Positions 14,411-24,370 of a stretch of DNA of 40,120 bases are shown piece by piece (the first letter of the stretch is position 1; each line of letters begins with the position of its first letter). The notes under the pieces are model-generated. The model saw only the letters and a list, made by a program, of their open reading frames with translations, was not told the origin of the DNA and did not search any database. A program made the translations under genes and the position numbers. Source of the stretch: a virus (lineage: Duplodnaviria; Caudoviricetes); IMG/VR virus record IMGVR_UViG_3300047290_000212, positions 1-40,120 of that record. One strand, 5' to 3'.

Positions 14411-15567
14411 GATTTGGTAGTGGTATTGTCGCCCCATGTTCTATAGGGTATCAGCACTGACTGCACAGGTTTGGTGCGTGCCAGCGCCTCGGCGTTGCCC
14501 AGGACTTTGTTGCCCGTGGCCACTGCTTCATTTATGGCAATGCTCTTGAGGTTCTTGCCTTTGAAGGTGTTATAGGTATTCATGGCCGTGCGCGCCGCAC
14601 CTATCAAGCCCAAAGGACCTTTTTGCAGATCATCCACGATACCGATACCTGCATCCAACAGGCCGCCTTGACCAAATATGGTAGCATTGGCTCCGGGGCG
14701 AGCGATAGGACTGCGCCGCACATCGTAATGACTGGGATCGGCAAATCCGCTCATGTTGGCCACAGGGCGTCCCGCACCCACGGTACCGGACGCATATTTG
14801 ACTGTTTCATAGGCGATGGTCATGCTGTGCTGCATGACGCCGTTGCCCTGGGCATAGTCATAGGTGTCATGGTTCCACGCGGTGATGATGGGATTGATCA
14901 GCACATACTCACAGTACTTGTGATTCTGATCCATGCCATAGATACGGATATCTTTGAAGAACGGCGTTTTGCCAGTGCCATCCACGTTGCTGGGCGTGGG
15001 ACCACGATCGCTCACGCTTTCACCTATGAATCCCCAATCAGTGACCAAGGGTTTTTCTGCGTAGATGTCCCGCACATTGTAGTCAAACGCAGTGGTAGTG
15101 CCCACGGCATTGGGCTGCGGCTGTCCACCAGTTGACCCCAGATTGTATCTGTGAGTGGCGTCTTTGAAATAGTAGCTGAAATAGTAGTACCACAATCTGC
15201 GGGCATTGTCGCCCGTGTCATCGTGGAAGGTAATGGTCACGGGTTGATAGTTGATCTTGGTCTGGACTATGCGTTTGCGATTGTATTGGTTCAGCGTCTC
15301 AGTGTCCACGGTAAACTTGGGCAGATCCACGGTCTTGACTATGCAGCTGAGTTCAGTAAAGTCAAGATCTGCGTTCTTGAGATAGGTCACTTGATCAGTA
15401 TTGACCGTGAACCCCACATGAAACTGGAACTTGAATCGAGGTTTGAGTTCGTAGCTATTGGTGGTAAAGACCCGACTGGCGTGGGTGTAATCACGCAGAG
15501 TCGAGTCTCCCAGGAAGCCGCTGAGAATCTGGTCACCTAGACCAAAGGGACCACCCCCGTTAGCCAC
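14407..15567 (-). CDS. Tail-tube-fold protein (baseplate tube initiator/cap, gp54/gp48-like)
   Basis: VKTVDLPKFTVDTETLNQYNRKR...YQPVTITFHDD and MTIAYE resemble the gp19-family fold; immediately follows the tube gene; GTG start. Confidence 0.65.
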   Translation of the reverse strand: MANGGGPFGLGDQILSGFLGDSTLRDYTHASRVFTTNSYELKPRFKFQFHVGFTVNTDQVTYLKNADLDFTELSCIVKTVDLPKFTVDTETLNQYNRKRIVQTKINYQPVTITFHDDTGDNARRLWYYYFSYYFKDATHRYNLGSTGGQPQPNAVGTTTAFDYNVRDIYAEKPLVTDWGFIGESVSDRGPTPSNVDGTGKTPFFKDIRIYGMDQNHKYCEYVLINPIITAWNHDTYDYAQGNGVMQHSMTIAYETVKYASGTVGAGRPVANMSGFADPSHYDVRRSPIARPGANATIFGQGGLLDAGIGIVDDLQKGPLGLIGAARTAMNTYNTFKGKNLKSIAINEAVATGNKVLGNAEALARTKPVQSVLIPYRTWGDNTTTKS

Positions 15568-15578
15568 GATCAGTGGCC

Positions 15579-16211
15579 TTAGACTGTGGCACCAACACCA
15601 GTCACAGCGCCAGCGATCGTCCTACCAACGTTGGTACCCACGCCTACGCCCACAGGTGACTGATTGGCGTTGTCGTAAGCGATGCTGAGTTCGATGGTGC
15701 AGGGCTCGTTGGTGCCGTAGTTTAGGTCACCGTACTGCGCACCTTTGAGATAGCAGCCATACAGTTCCCAAGTTTCCAACACTTCGGGCGAGATATTGCC
15801 GTTACCGCCGTCCAGTATCTCGATCTTGGTCAAGAACTTGTAGTCGATACCTGAAGCAGCTGATGCCATTTCAAGGAAGTCCATCTGCTTCTGGAGCTGC
15901 TGACCTACTAGGCGGCTGACCGAGCCCGATGCGTCATCACGAACGCTACAGGTAATGTCCGCCCAGCTGGGCTTGCCCGCCAGTTTCACGGTTGAGTTGT
16001 AAACTGGCAAGGTGATTTCCTCAAAAGTGGGATTGGGGCGTGCGCAGCTGATAACCTGTTTGGTCAGGTCAACCACGTCTGCATCAATTCCAAAATTTTG
16101 AAAACTCACGCGAAAGCGATATTTCAGCTTTGGCATCAACAGACCTTGGTTGCTGGCGCTTTGATCGCTGGCCAAAGGTACTGTCATTCTGTTTAGTGAG
16201 GCGCTTGCCAT
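15579..16211 (-). CDS. Tail tube protein (T4 gp19-like)
   Basis: PKLKYRFRV, KLAGKPSWADIT, WELYGCY, IELSIAYD; directly downstream of the sheath gene; AGGAG RBS. Confidence 0.88.
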   Translation of the reverse strand: MASASLNRMTVPLASDQSASNQGLLMPKLKYRFRVSFQNFGIDADVVDLTKQVISCARPNPTFEEITLPVYNSTVKLAGKPSWADITCSVRDDASGSVSRLVGQQLQKQMDFLEMASAASGIDYKFLTKIEILDGGNGNISPEVLETWELYGCYLKGAQYGDLNYGTNEPCTIELSIAYDNANQSPVGVGVGTNVGRTIAGAVTGVGATV

Positions 16212-16241
16212 ATGTAATCTCCTATATGCTTTATTTATCTT

Positions 16242-16270
16242 GGGGAGTGGCCATGTGTTTGACCACCCCC
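16242..16270 (-). promoter_or_regulatory. Stem-loop between the sheath and tube genes, followed by TAAATA
   Basis: Minus strand GGGGGTGGTCA-aacaca-TGGCCACTCCCC; no U tract, so the terminator role is uncertain. Confidence 0.5.
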
Positions 16271-16277
16271 TCGGACA

Positions 16278-19200
16278 TTATGCTCCTGCTGCGATCTCAC
16301 CGGTATTTTTGATACGCAGCGGGATGTATATGAACTCCACTGCTTTGACCGGTTCTATGGCAATGTCAACCCACAGTTCGTTGCGATCAATACGTGCTGG
16401 AGTGTTGTTGCTGAGATCACACACCACCAAGTAGTCGTAGAGCGCACGTTTGGCCACCAGATCGATCATCAAGCTGTTGCAGGTGTTGGTGATCTCGTTG
16501 CGGGTGATTTCATCGTTGGGCTCGAACAGATACAGCTTGCCGATTTCTTCCAGGCGTCCACGCAAGAACGCCACTAAACGCGCCACATTGATACGATCCA
16601 GCGCAGTGGTAACCGTGGTCGAAGTCTTGTTACCAAAGTTAGTGATGCCCACGCCCGGAATAAAGGTTATGGGGTTCACATTGCGCTCATACAGGATATC
16701 ACGCAGAGACTGGCTTACACCAATCTGCTGGAATTCCCCTGTAGCCGCATCGATGTAACCGATCGCGCTGGCGTTGTCCACCACACCCCGTCGTGTGCCA
16801 GCAGGTGCGAACCAAGGATAGCTGACCGCATCGCTGCGCAGTATGGTACGAACCATCATGTGGCTGGGTGGTGCTACCACCGTCTGTCCCGACAGATCTG
16901 ACGTTTGGCAGCTGGGCCAGAACGTGGCCGCGTAGTTGCTGGTAGCCACCTGACCGTCTTCAGTGGGCAAGCCCAGACCGTTGTTGTTGGTAGCCCAGGC
17001 CACTAGATCGTTGCCAACCGCGGGCAAGCGCAGAGGTGTATCGCCAACCACGAACAGAGTGTTGTTGCGTTCGTTGCTGAGCGCTATCATGTTTTGGATC
17101 AGTTCGGGATAACCCGGAGTGCTGATCAAACTGAATCCATTCTGCTCTTCGCGTGCAGCTTCGCTGGTATCGATACCGCTCTTCAATGCCTGTACCACCA
17201 TCTGGCGCTGGGCCAAACGTCCAGCCCACATGCTGCCATTGTCTTTGAGACCCGAGGCGCTGAGCCATGTGCTCTTGACCGAAGGCAGCGTGTCATCGGG
17301 ATATCGCTGAGCATTGAACCAGTTGCCCTGATACTGCTTGACGTTGTAGCCCGAACGACGAGTGTTGAACAGCAGCATGCCCTGGGGATACAGTGCAGGA
17401 TCCGGTGCATCCAGATCCAAGTAGTTGCTGGTCAGCAGGCTCACGATAGTGGGGAAAGGATCAGCCACGGGGTCAGTGGTACCATTGGGTGCCCAACGTG
17501 CGTCCGCAAACAGAACACCATTTTCAGTGACCTGATCCGTGGTGTCTATGGCCACCCATTGATCCACGCCTTCCACAGACTGCCAACGATACAGTTTGGG
17601 ATAATTTTCTAGATCGCTGCTGTCCAACCACAGATCACCATACACCAAAGGACTTTCAGCTTCGTCGTTTTGAGTCAGGGGTTCTGTGGCCGCGATGATC
17701 GGACCTGTGGCATTGGTCAGCGACAGATCGTATCCGCGCACGTCGTTGGTCACGTTTTGATAACCATACCATACACCGTTGTCTTGGATCATGATATCAA
17801 CTTGGCTGGGTGTGCTGTAGTACCACAGCGTACCGTTGACAGGGTCAGTGTCGGGTGCTGTGTTATCAGCGGTGTAGTTGAACAGCGGATAGCTGACCCA
17901 GTTGGACAGAACCAAACGATTGGCAAAATTCTTGCTCTGCCGCACTTTGGGGGTCTGTAGGGTGATACCAGCTACCGACAGTGGTGTACCTATCAGGGGT
18001 TGTGTAATTATGTAGCCGCCCTGGCTGTGGGTAAACACGATGTTGCCCGCGCTGTTGACCGATGCACTCACATAGGGCACATTGGCTGCGCTGACCGCTG
18101 CAATGAAATCAGCCACTGTGCCTGTGCCACCAATGACCACATCGCCGTTGTTCAGAGTGCTCTGTCCTGCTTCGGATGCAAACAATCGGAAGGAATTGCC
18201 CACAGTAAAGGCCGTGCCAGTGGGCGTGGTGGTGCCTGTGACTTCCAGAGCACCCAGCTGATACCTTTCTAGCACTTCCAGTGATAGGGTGGAGCAGGGG
18301 TATAGATAATTGGCTCTGTCCCAAAACACTATGGTGGTGCCCACCGGAATATTTTTGCCGCCACCTGACGGATCAAAATAGTTATTGGCATCAACTTCAG
18401 TGTCAAACGCAGGTGTGTTTTGTGCCACGAAGTCACCCAACGTGGTTGAATACTTGCTGATTTTGAGATTGATACCGTTGTTGACTGGGCTCATGTTGTT
18501 CCAAACCGATCCAGTGGGATGGGGTTCGGTATCAGTGCTGCGCCAGCGAGGTGATTGATAGCTGTAGCTGGGCAGGTAAACCGGTGCAAGATATTCTCCT
18601 GCGGTCAGTCCCAGTGCGGTCAAAAGCGCAGAACCGCTCACTGTGCCCGCATCAATGGTAGCGATACCACAACCACCCGAGCTGCCATCGTTGGTAGCAG
18701 TGGAATCGGCATAAATGGCCAGGGCCCCGCCGACAGCGGCAGCCGTGATGCCAGTGATCGCGGCGGAATTGATCGCGGCCGCAAAGCCAGTCACTGTGTT
18801 GTTAGGACCCACAGGCACTGTGACCAACGTGTCGTTGATGTACATGTTGGCGCCCGCGGTCAAGGTGTTGGGAGTATTGATGCCAGTCACAGTGGGCCAT
18901 GAATTCTGCCAATCGTCACTGCCAATCACCACCCAGTCATTGTCCATGTTTTTGTAGTAGCCATAGATGATGGGTGCGACGACGCTTTGTCCGGGCATGA
19001 CCGATACCGCATAATCACCTATGCTGCCCACGTCCTGATTGGGTGTGTAATCACCGGTAGCATAGTCAACCACGTCATCGGGGTTGGTCAGCACCAAGGG
19101 AGTTTTCACGGTAAATGTGTTGGTGGTCTGATTCCACTCTTGGATGCCCCAGATGCTGGTGTCAGTATTCAACCACCAGGTACCATTGGCAGGTTCACCC

Positions 19201-19580
19201 ATGGGTCTGCTGAGGCTGGCTGTGAGCTCTGTGAGGTTCACATCCACCCGTTGCACATAGGCACGATTGGTCACGCCCAGGGCGCTGTAGGCAGCCAACA
19301 GTCCGTATTCGTTCAATTCATAACCGTTGATAGGAGTACCAGTGGTGGTGCTGTAAAAGAACGGTACACCAAATGTGGCTACTAAATCACGCTGGCTGGT
19401 AATTAAATAGGTTTTGTTGGCATTGGCAGCGGTAGTGCCAGCGGCTACGGTTACACCGTCTCCGGAAACTTTGTTTTGTGCTGTGGCGACCAAGAAGTAG
19501 GGCACTGTGTTGACAGCCGATGGAATATATTGGCTCTCATCGATAACAGTTACTTCTACGCCGGGGGATACTAGGGCCAT
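16278..19580 (-). CDS. Contractile tail sheath protein (T4 gp18-like) with large central insertion
   Basis: LVSPGVEVTVIDES, PWFAPAGTRRG, NPITFIPGVG, DRINVARL, FEPND, VVCDLSNNTP, IEPVKAVEFIYI. Confidence 0.96.
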   Translation of the reverse strand: MALVSPGVEVTVIDESQYIPSAVNTVPYFLVATAQNKVSGDGVTVAAGTTAANANKTYLITSQRDLVATFGVPFFYSTTTGTPINGYELNEYGLLAAYSALGVTNRAYVQRVDVNLTELTASLSRPMGEPANGTWWLNTDTSIWGIQEWNQTTNTFTVKTPLVLTNPDDVVDYATGDYTPNQDVGSIGDYAVSVMPGQSVVAPIIYGYYKNMDNDWVVIGSDDWQNSWPTVTGINTPNTLTAGANMYINDTLVTVPVGPNNTVTGFAAAINSAAITGITAAAVGGALAIYADSTATNDGSSGGCGIATIDAGTVSGSALLTALGLTAGEYLAPVYLPSYSYQSPRWRSTDTEPHPTGSVWNNMSPVNNGINLKISKYSTTLGDFVAQNTPAFDTEVDANNYFDPSGGGKNIPVGTTIVFWDRANYLYPCSTLSLEVLERYQLGALEVTGTTTPTGTAFTVGNSFRLFASEAGQSTLNNGDVVIGGTGTVADFIAAVSAANVPYVSASVNSAGNIVFTHSQGGYIITQPLIGTPLSVAGITLQTPKVRQSKNFANRLVLSNWVSYPLFNYTADNTAPDTDPVNGTLWYYSTPSQVDIMIQDNGVWYGYQNVTNDVRGYDLSLTNATGPIIAATEPLTQNDEAESPLVYGDLWLDSSDLENYPKLYRWQSVEGVDQWVAIDTTDQVTENGVLFADARWAPNGTTDPVADPFPTIVSLLTSNYLDLDAPDPALYPQGMLLFNTRRSGYNVKQYQGNWFNAQRYPDDTLPSVKSTWLSASGLKDNGSMWAGRLAQRQMVVQALKSGIDTSEAAREEQNGFSLISTPGYPELIQNMIALSNERNNTLFVVGDTPLRLPAVGNDLVAWATNNNGLGLPTEDGQVATSNYAATFWPSCQTSDLSGQTVVAPPSHMMVRTILRSDAVSYPWFAPAGTRRGVVDNASAIGYIDAATGEFQQIGVSQSLRDILYERNVNPITFIPGVGITNFGNKTSTTVTTALDRINVARLVAFLRGRLEEIGKLYLFEPNDEITRNEITNTCNSLMIDLVAKRALYDYLVVCDLSNNTPARIDRNELWVDIAIEPVKAVEFIYIPLRIKNTGEIAAGA

Positions 19581-19678
19581 GGTAGGTTCCTCATATAAAG
19601 TGATACTGATATTTATTGGGAACCACTAAAAAAGGCCTGATTGCTCGCCCTTTGGCAAAGGTCCGCCGTAAATACGGC

Positions 19679-20026
19679 ATGAACCGACCCCTATGCCGAT
19701 CCTGTCAACAGCGTGCCTGTGCGGTAAACTATCACAGAGATGGGGTGATCCACTGGCGATCCAGATGCGAAAACTGCAACCGCAGGAATCGCCGTGTCAA
19801 GCCCGCTGTGCCCCGATGGCAGTCAGCTGGCTACGTCAAAAAAACCGTGTGTGATGTGTGCCGATTTAGGGCCAAGTACAGCCAGCAGATCTTGGTCTAT
19901 CACATGGATGGCAATCTCAACAACACTGATCTCAAGAATCTGCGATCAGTGTGTCAAAATTGTGTGATAGAAATCAGTAAGAGTGACTTGCCTTGGCAGC
20001 CCGGAGATCTCGAACCAGATCGTTGA
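19679..20026 (+). CDS. Zinc-finger/HNH-like protein
   Basis: CxxC pairs (CRSC, CENC, CDVC, CQNC); VYHMDGNLNNTDLKNL HNH-like core; ATG 19679 just after TAAATA. Confidence 0.75.
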   Translation: MNRPLCRSCQQRACAVNYHRDGVIHWRSRCENCNRRNRRVKPAVPRWQSAGYVKKTVCDVCRFRAKYSQQILVYHMDGNLNNTDLKNLRSVCQNCVIEISKSDLPWQPGDLEPDR

Positions 20027-20606
20027 TGCCTGCATACAGCTCATCCAAAGTGCCGTGGTTGGGAATCACGCGATCAAAATTGGTGCCTGCCCAAGCCCAT
20101 TCGCTGGCATGCACTTGAGGATGTAGCTGACCCATAAGATCGGGATTGGTCACAGCCGTGGGCCACCATTCAGGGGTGTTGCCCCGGATCACTCGGATCA
20201 CATGCCCACCGCTGCGCCGCAAAGCAGCCACTTCATTGGGGAAGCGGCAGTCAGATATCACTATGTCATCCTGGCTGCGGCGTATCTTGTTTTCCACACT
20301 GGCTACCCAGATGTCTTCGTGAAATCCCCGGCGACACACTTCGGTGCCCCAGTTTTGTAGTACCCAGCGGGGGGTCAGATCTGCCATGCCCAGTCGCTGG
20401 GCCCACCAAGGATCTACCTGTTCGCGCCACTCGCGGCTGTGCCGGGTGCGCCCTTCCAGCAGCTCACGCTCCCAACCAAACACCGCGCTCACAGCATCTT
20501 TGAGACTGGCCGCGAAGCTGTCCCTGCGGAACTGGTGTACGTTGACCAGATAGTCCGCGATGGTATCCTTGCCTGACCCTATTAGGCCGCAAACTCCTAT
20601 GATCAT
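19974..20606 (-). CDS. Deoxynucleoside monophosphate kinase (T4 gp1-like)
   Basis: MIIGVCGLIGSGKDT P-loop, FAASLKD, TPRWVLQNWGTE, ISDCRFPNE, HASE. Confidence 0.92.
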   Translation of the reverse strand: MIIGVCGLIGSGKDTIADYLVNVHQFRRDSFAASLKDAVSAVFGWERELLEGRTRHSREWREQVDPWWAQRLGMADLTPRWVLQNWGTEVCRRGFHEDIWVASVENKIRRSQDDIVISDCRFPNEVAALRRSGGHVIRVIRGNTPEWWPTAVTNPDLMGQLHPQVHASEWAWAGTNFDRVIPNHGTLDELYAGINDLVRDLRAAKASHSY

Positions 20607-21124
20607 TTGATCTCCTTGATGCCAAAATGTCTCAACGTGTCCTGCAGCATCAAGATCTGCCGTTTGCAATCTTCCAAAGCATGGTGCGTGGTAGGCGGTA
20701 TAGACAATTGGGGCCAGAGGCTGTACACCGTGCGGGTATCTCTGATCTTGAAGAACTGCCAGGGTAAACTCATGCCCTGGCTTTTGAATGCGTGTTCCAG
20801 GATATTGGCATCGTAGGTCGGGCCGTTCATCCAGATACGGTTACACTGCCAGGCCAATTTGTACAGACCCTCCAGAGCCTGCCGCAGGGGCACACGGCCG
20901 CTTTCAGCAAAGGCTTCGTCTCGGCTGGCCTGGGGCTGTTTGGCCCACCAATCTAGCGTGTTGGGGTCAATCTGGCGATCAGCTTGGCTTTCGAGGTCCA
21001 CCCGCACATAGTAGTAGCGATCATACCATCCCTCGTCCAAAGGATCAAAGGTTTGCGCGGCTATGGTCAGTATCGCAGTATCGGGACCGGTTGCCAGTCC
21101 CTCGATGTCAATCATACAGTCCAA
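20603..21124 (-). CDS. DEDDh 3'-5' exonuclease (T4 DexA / Rv2179c-like)
   Basis: MIDIE, TLDWW, WMNGPTYD, RDTRT, HHALED. Confidence 0.85.
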   Translation of the reverse strand: MDCMIDIEGLATGPDTAILTIAAQTFDPLDEGWYDRYYYVRVDLESQADRQIDPNTLDWWAKQPQASRDEAFAESGRVPLRQALEGLYKLAWQCNRIWMNGPTYDANILEHAFKSQGMSLPWQFFKIRDTRTVYSLWPQLSIPPTTHHALEDCKRQILMLQDTLRHFGIKEIK

Positions 21125-21166
21125 TTTTTTTACCCAATCTAATAAATACTATAACAAGTAAAATGT

Positions 21167-21889
21167 ATGTTTACCGAAAACAAATACACTAAATGCTATT
21201 TTAGTATTATCCATCGAGCACAGTCAAGGACTTTGGATCAATCAGTCTATGTCGAGAAACACCACATCATACCACGAAGTTTAGGTGGTAGTAATGAAAC
21301 ATCTAACTTGGTTAAGCTAACCGGAAGAGAACATTTTATATGTCATTTACTTTTACCTAAAATGACTATTGGCACAAACAGAAAAAAAATGATCTATGCC
21401 ATATGGATGATGTGTAGAGCTAATCGAGATCGGCGATCTGCATATAAAGTAACTGCAAGAGCATATACATCAATTAAAGAGGTAATGCGTAACAATCGAA
21501 CAGCCAATGACTTTACTCCAGAATGGAAAGAAAGAATATCGATCGCTAAAAAAGGAAAGCCCGCTTGGAATAAAGGAAGACCGGTTCCAGAAGATCAAAA
21601 ATCTCGTCAGTCCGCAACCAGAAAATCCAAGAACGGAACACCCGGATTTAATATCAGACCAGCATGTCGACCTGAAAAAGCAAAAGCGAGCAGTGATACC
21701 CAAAAGGGAAGAAAGTGGGTATTTTTTCCAGCGACCAACGAACGGAAACCGATAGAACCCCATGAAGTCAATACTTACTTAACCGATGGGTGGCAATTAG
21801 GCCAAGGTATACGCAAGAAGCCGATCACCCAGGAAGTATCTATCCGATCACCCAAGTCAAGGGCTGGCTACCGTCCACATACATCTTGA
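21167..21889 (+). CDS. Free-standing HNH homing endonuclease with NUMOD3-like motif
   Basis: YVEKHHIIPRSLGGSNETSNLVKLTGREHFICHLLL; KGKPAWNKG; AT-rich; opposite strand to both neighbours. Confidence 0.88.
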   Translation: MFTENKYTKCYFSIIHRAQSRTLDQSVYVEKHHIIPRSLGGSNETSNLVKLTGREHFICHLLLPKMTIGTNRKKMIYAIWMMCRANRDRRSAYKVTARAYTSIKEVMRNNRTANDFTPEWKERISIAKKGKPAWNKGRPVPEDQKSRQSATRKSKNGTPGFNIRPACRPEKAKASSDTQKGRKWVFFPATNERKPIEPHEVNTYLTDGWQLGQGIRKKPITQEVSIRSPKSRAGYRPHTS

Positions 21890-22607
21890 GCTGCTCGATA
21901 AGAGCATCCATCTGGGTCTGGCCTTCGGTTTTCATGGCAGTGCCATTGAGGCTGCCGCCACCTTGGGGACCTGCTATGGTAGCGAATTTTTCCCGGGCTT
22001 CACCTATGATCATCTTGGTGGCTGCTACCATGCAGTCCCGGAACCATTGGCTGATCTGGAAATCGCTTAGGAGGTTTATCTCGGGTTTGAGATTGTAGGT
22101 CCACAGCAACACCGCCTCGTTTGAGCCCTTGGGGTCGCGGATCAGTTGCAGTTTTTTGGTCACGGGATTGTAGGTGTAGTTCATATAGCCGCCAAACATC
22201 CTGGCAGCCAGTTCCACATACTGGCTATAAAAGTCATAGGTAGCTAGGCCGCCAGCCACGTTGAAGTTCATGAGATACACGTTCAAACTGGCCTGGGCAA
22301 AGGGGTCAAAATTGCTGGCAAATGGGCCCGTGGCATCACCAAAGGTGCGGCGGAATATCTGCCTCACGCTGATCACTTCCTGGGGCAGTTGATAGATGTT
22401 CTCGTCCTTGACCAGGTACATGAAGCTGTAGCTTTCTTCATAGGCGTTTTGCGCCCTCTGGCGATAGGTGCCCAGAGTCTTGACATACGCGGTCTCTAAG
22501 TGCGCGGGGTCTACTTCCACGTCGATGATCTGATCGCCCAGCATCAACTTGGTGTATTCGAATAGGCTCTGTTTCAGCTCAGCTAGACTGTTTTGCTGTT
22601 GTTCCAT
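21840..22607 (-). CDS. Neck protein (T4 gp13-like)
   Basis: LGDQIIDVE, YQLPQEVISV, IIGEAREKF...GPQGGGSLNG, terminal PLTWVIG. Confidence 0.8.
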   Translation of the reverse strand: MEQQQNSLAELKQSLFEYTKLMLGDQIIDVEVDPAHLETAYVKTLGTYRQRAQNAYEESYSFMYLVKDENIYQLPQEVISVRQIFRRTFGDATGPFASNFDPFAQASLNVYLMNFNVAGGLATYDFYSQYVELAARMFGGYMNYTYNPVTKKLQLIRDPKGSNEAVLLWTYNLKPEINLLSDFQISQWFRDCMVAATKMIIGEAREKFATIAGPQGGGSLNGTAMKTEGQTQMDALIEQLKMYVDGSQPLTWVIG

Positions 22608-22656
22608 TTGGGGCTCCGGTCAGATATTTATGCTGCTGCCGGGCCCCTTTGAGCTG

Positions 22657-22842
22657 TTACCTAGCTTCTTCTTCGTCGTCAAACCAACGGCCCACGTCTT
22701 GGTCGGGACGGGGCTCTCGCCATGCTGACCCTTGGAATTTCCACCCCCGGGCCGTGGTCTGCATCCCATCGCTGGGTTCCGACCAACGATCCTGCCCAGC
22801 TGACCTGTCCATCATGCCGGGTTGAATGCGACTTGGCTTCAT
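22657..22842 (-). CDS. Small hypothetical protein (61 aa)
   Basis: ATG 22842 preceded by AGGGAG; 3' part of track ORF 22657..22881. Confidence 0.55.
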   Translation of the reverse strand: MKPSRIQPGMMDRSAGQDRWSEPSDGMQTTARGWKFQGSAWREPRPDQDVGRWFDDEEEAR

Positions 22843-22887
22843 AGCATACTCCCTAAAGATACAGGGCCCTGCAGCGCCCACATCTAC

Positions 22888-24051
22888 TTATCGCACACGC
22901 AGAATAATCATATCTTCGTTGCCACGGCCATTGAATTTGGTCTCAGTGGCCTTGATCTCTTTGAATACCTTGCGAGCCGCAGGTGCACCACCCGCCATGA
23001 GAGCCTTGATCTGCTCCTTGGGTTTGCGCAGTGTCTTGCGCACACTCTTGGTGGTGTCAATGCCTATGAGGCTGCTGCCCTTGACCGAAAACGATCCAGC
23101 CAGATCCTCGTGCACCACGTAGATCAGCTTGCGTCGTTTGGTATCATAGAGCCAGGCTTCCTGTCCATTGACCAGATCAGTCACGGGCACTGATTTGAGG
23201 CCCAGCTCGCCAAACTCTCGCAGATACTTGAAACGTGCTGTGAGCTTTTCGGGACTCACGGGTTTTTTCTTGCGGGGCTTGCGTTCTACCTTTTTGACCT
23301 GCACATAGCTGGCACAGTCCGCGATCACTTGCTCTGCGAATCGCGCCATGTTGCGCAGCTGGATCTTGGTTCGACCGCGATAGCCTTCAACCAGATCGGG
23401 ATCCTTGCCCTTGGCCGCTTCTTCAAATTCTTTCTTGACTTGGCTCCAATGATCAGCTATTTCGCCCACCATCTGGGGCGAGATATTGCGTTCTCTCAAC
23501 AGATTGATGGCTCGGGGCACAGTGTCGAACCTGCTGTTGTTGCTCAGCATGTCGTCGAACACACCTTCCAGTTCTCCCGCTACCTCGCGCATCTTGGTAC
23601 GCAGATGATCTTGGATATTGGGTCTATCCACTCGCTTGACTTCAGCTTCCTCCTGGGGTTCTTGACAAGACAGGATGTTATGGATGCGATTGCGCACGAA
23701 CTGATCTTCGCGCTCGTTGAGCTCCAACCCCATGGCGTTCATCCTACACAACCACCCCAGCGTGGTGGGAAAGCTGCGATCAGCCACTCGTGCCATGTCC
23801 TTGGCCAAGGCGCTGATCTTGTCCTGGCGGCTCAACCAATCAATCACGAACTTGCGAGCGTCTTTGCTGTCGCAATAGTAATTGTACCAGGCCAGTGCCC
23901 GGGTCAGGGCCATCTGGCGCTGTTCGGGTGTGGGCTGCGCGGGCCAAAGGGGTTCGCCACCTGTGAGATGTGTTTCTCCAGTTTTGGGCGCCAGCGGTTT
24001 GGGCATGGAAGATTTGGTCTCTGCGGTTTTGACTGCGGGTTTTTTCTTCAT
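22888..24051 (-). CDS. Hypothetical protein, basic C-terminus
   Basis: 387-aa ORF; WYNYY, WLYDTKRRKL, FSVKGSSL, KTLRKP; ATGA overlap. Confidence 0.8.
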   Translation of the reverse strand: MKKKPAVKTAETKSSMPKPLAPKTGETHLTGGEPLWPAQPTPEQRQMALTRALAWYNYYCDSKDARKFVIDWLSRQDKISALAKDMARVADRSFPTTLGWLCRMNAMGLELNEREDQFVRNRIHNILSCQEPQEEAEVKRVDRPNIQDHLRTKMREVAGELEGVFDDMLSNNSRFDTVPRAINLLRERNISPQMVGEIADHWSQVKKEFEEAAKGKDPDLVEGYRGRTKIQLRNMARFAEQVIADCASYVQVKKVERKPRKKKPVSPEKLTARFKYLREFGELGLKSVPVTDLVNGQEAWLYDTKRRKLIYVVHEDLAGSFSVKGSSLIGIDTTKSVRKTLRKPKEQIKALMAGGAPAARKVFKEIKATETKFNGRGNEDMIILRVR

Positions 24052-24314
24052 GGGGCACCTTTCATCAGTTTGGCCATTATAACATAGCTTTCAAAATTCT
24101 GCAAACATTCCTCGATCTGCGCCACGCTGCGTTCATATTCGCTGGTGATCCTGTGTAGCCTGCGGCACTCTACCTGGGCCCTACTGGCCTGTTGCATGGC
24201 GTGGCGCACAGCGTCTGCCATACGGATGCAGTCTTTGCGGGTGCGGGCGGGCAGTGCGCGGGCATGACGCTCTGCTTGGTCAAAACGCTGCTGGAGATCT
24301 TGCATAGCTTCCAT
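24048..24314 (-). CDS. Small helical hypothetical protein
   Basis: 88-aa ORF directly behind a sigma70-type promoter; overlaps the next ATG. Confidence 0.7.
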   Translation of the reverse strand: MEAMQDLQQRFDQAERHARALPARTRKDCIRMADAVRHAMQQASRAQVECRRLHRITSEYERSVAQIEECLQNFESYVIMAKLMKGAP

Positions 24315-24320
24315 TTTTCA

Positions 24321-24349
24321 ATTATAGCACTTTGGCTATTTACGGTCAA
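24321..24349 (-). promoter_or_regulatory. Sigma70-type promoter TTGACC-N17-TATAAT with extended -10 (TGc)
   Basis: Minus strand ttgacc gtaaatagccaaagtgc tataat tgaaaa ATG. Confidence 0.8.
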
Positions 24350-24370
24350 CCGCCCCATAAATACAAGATC

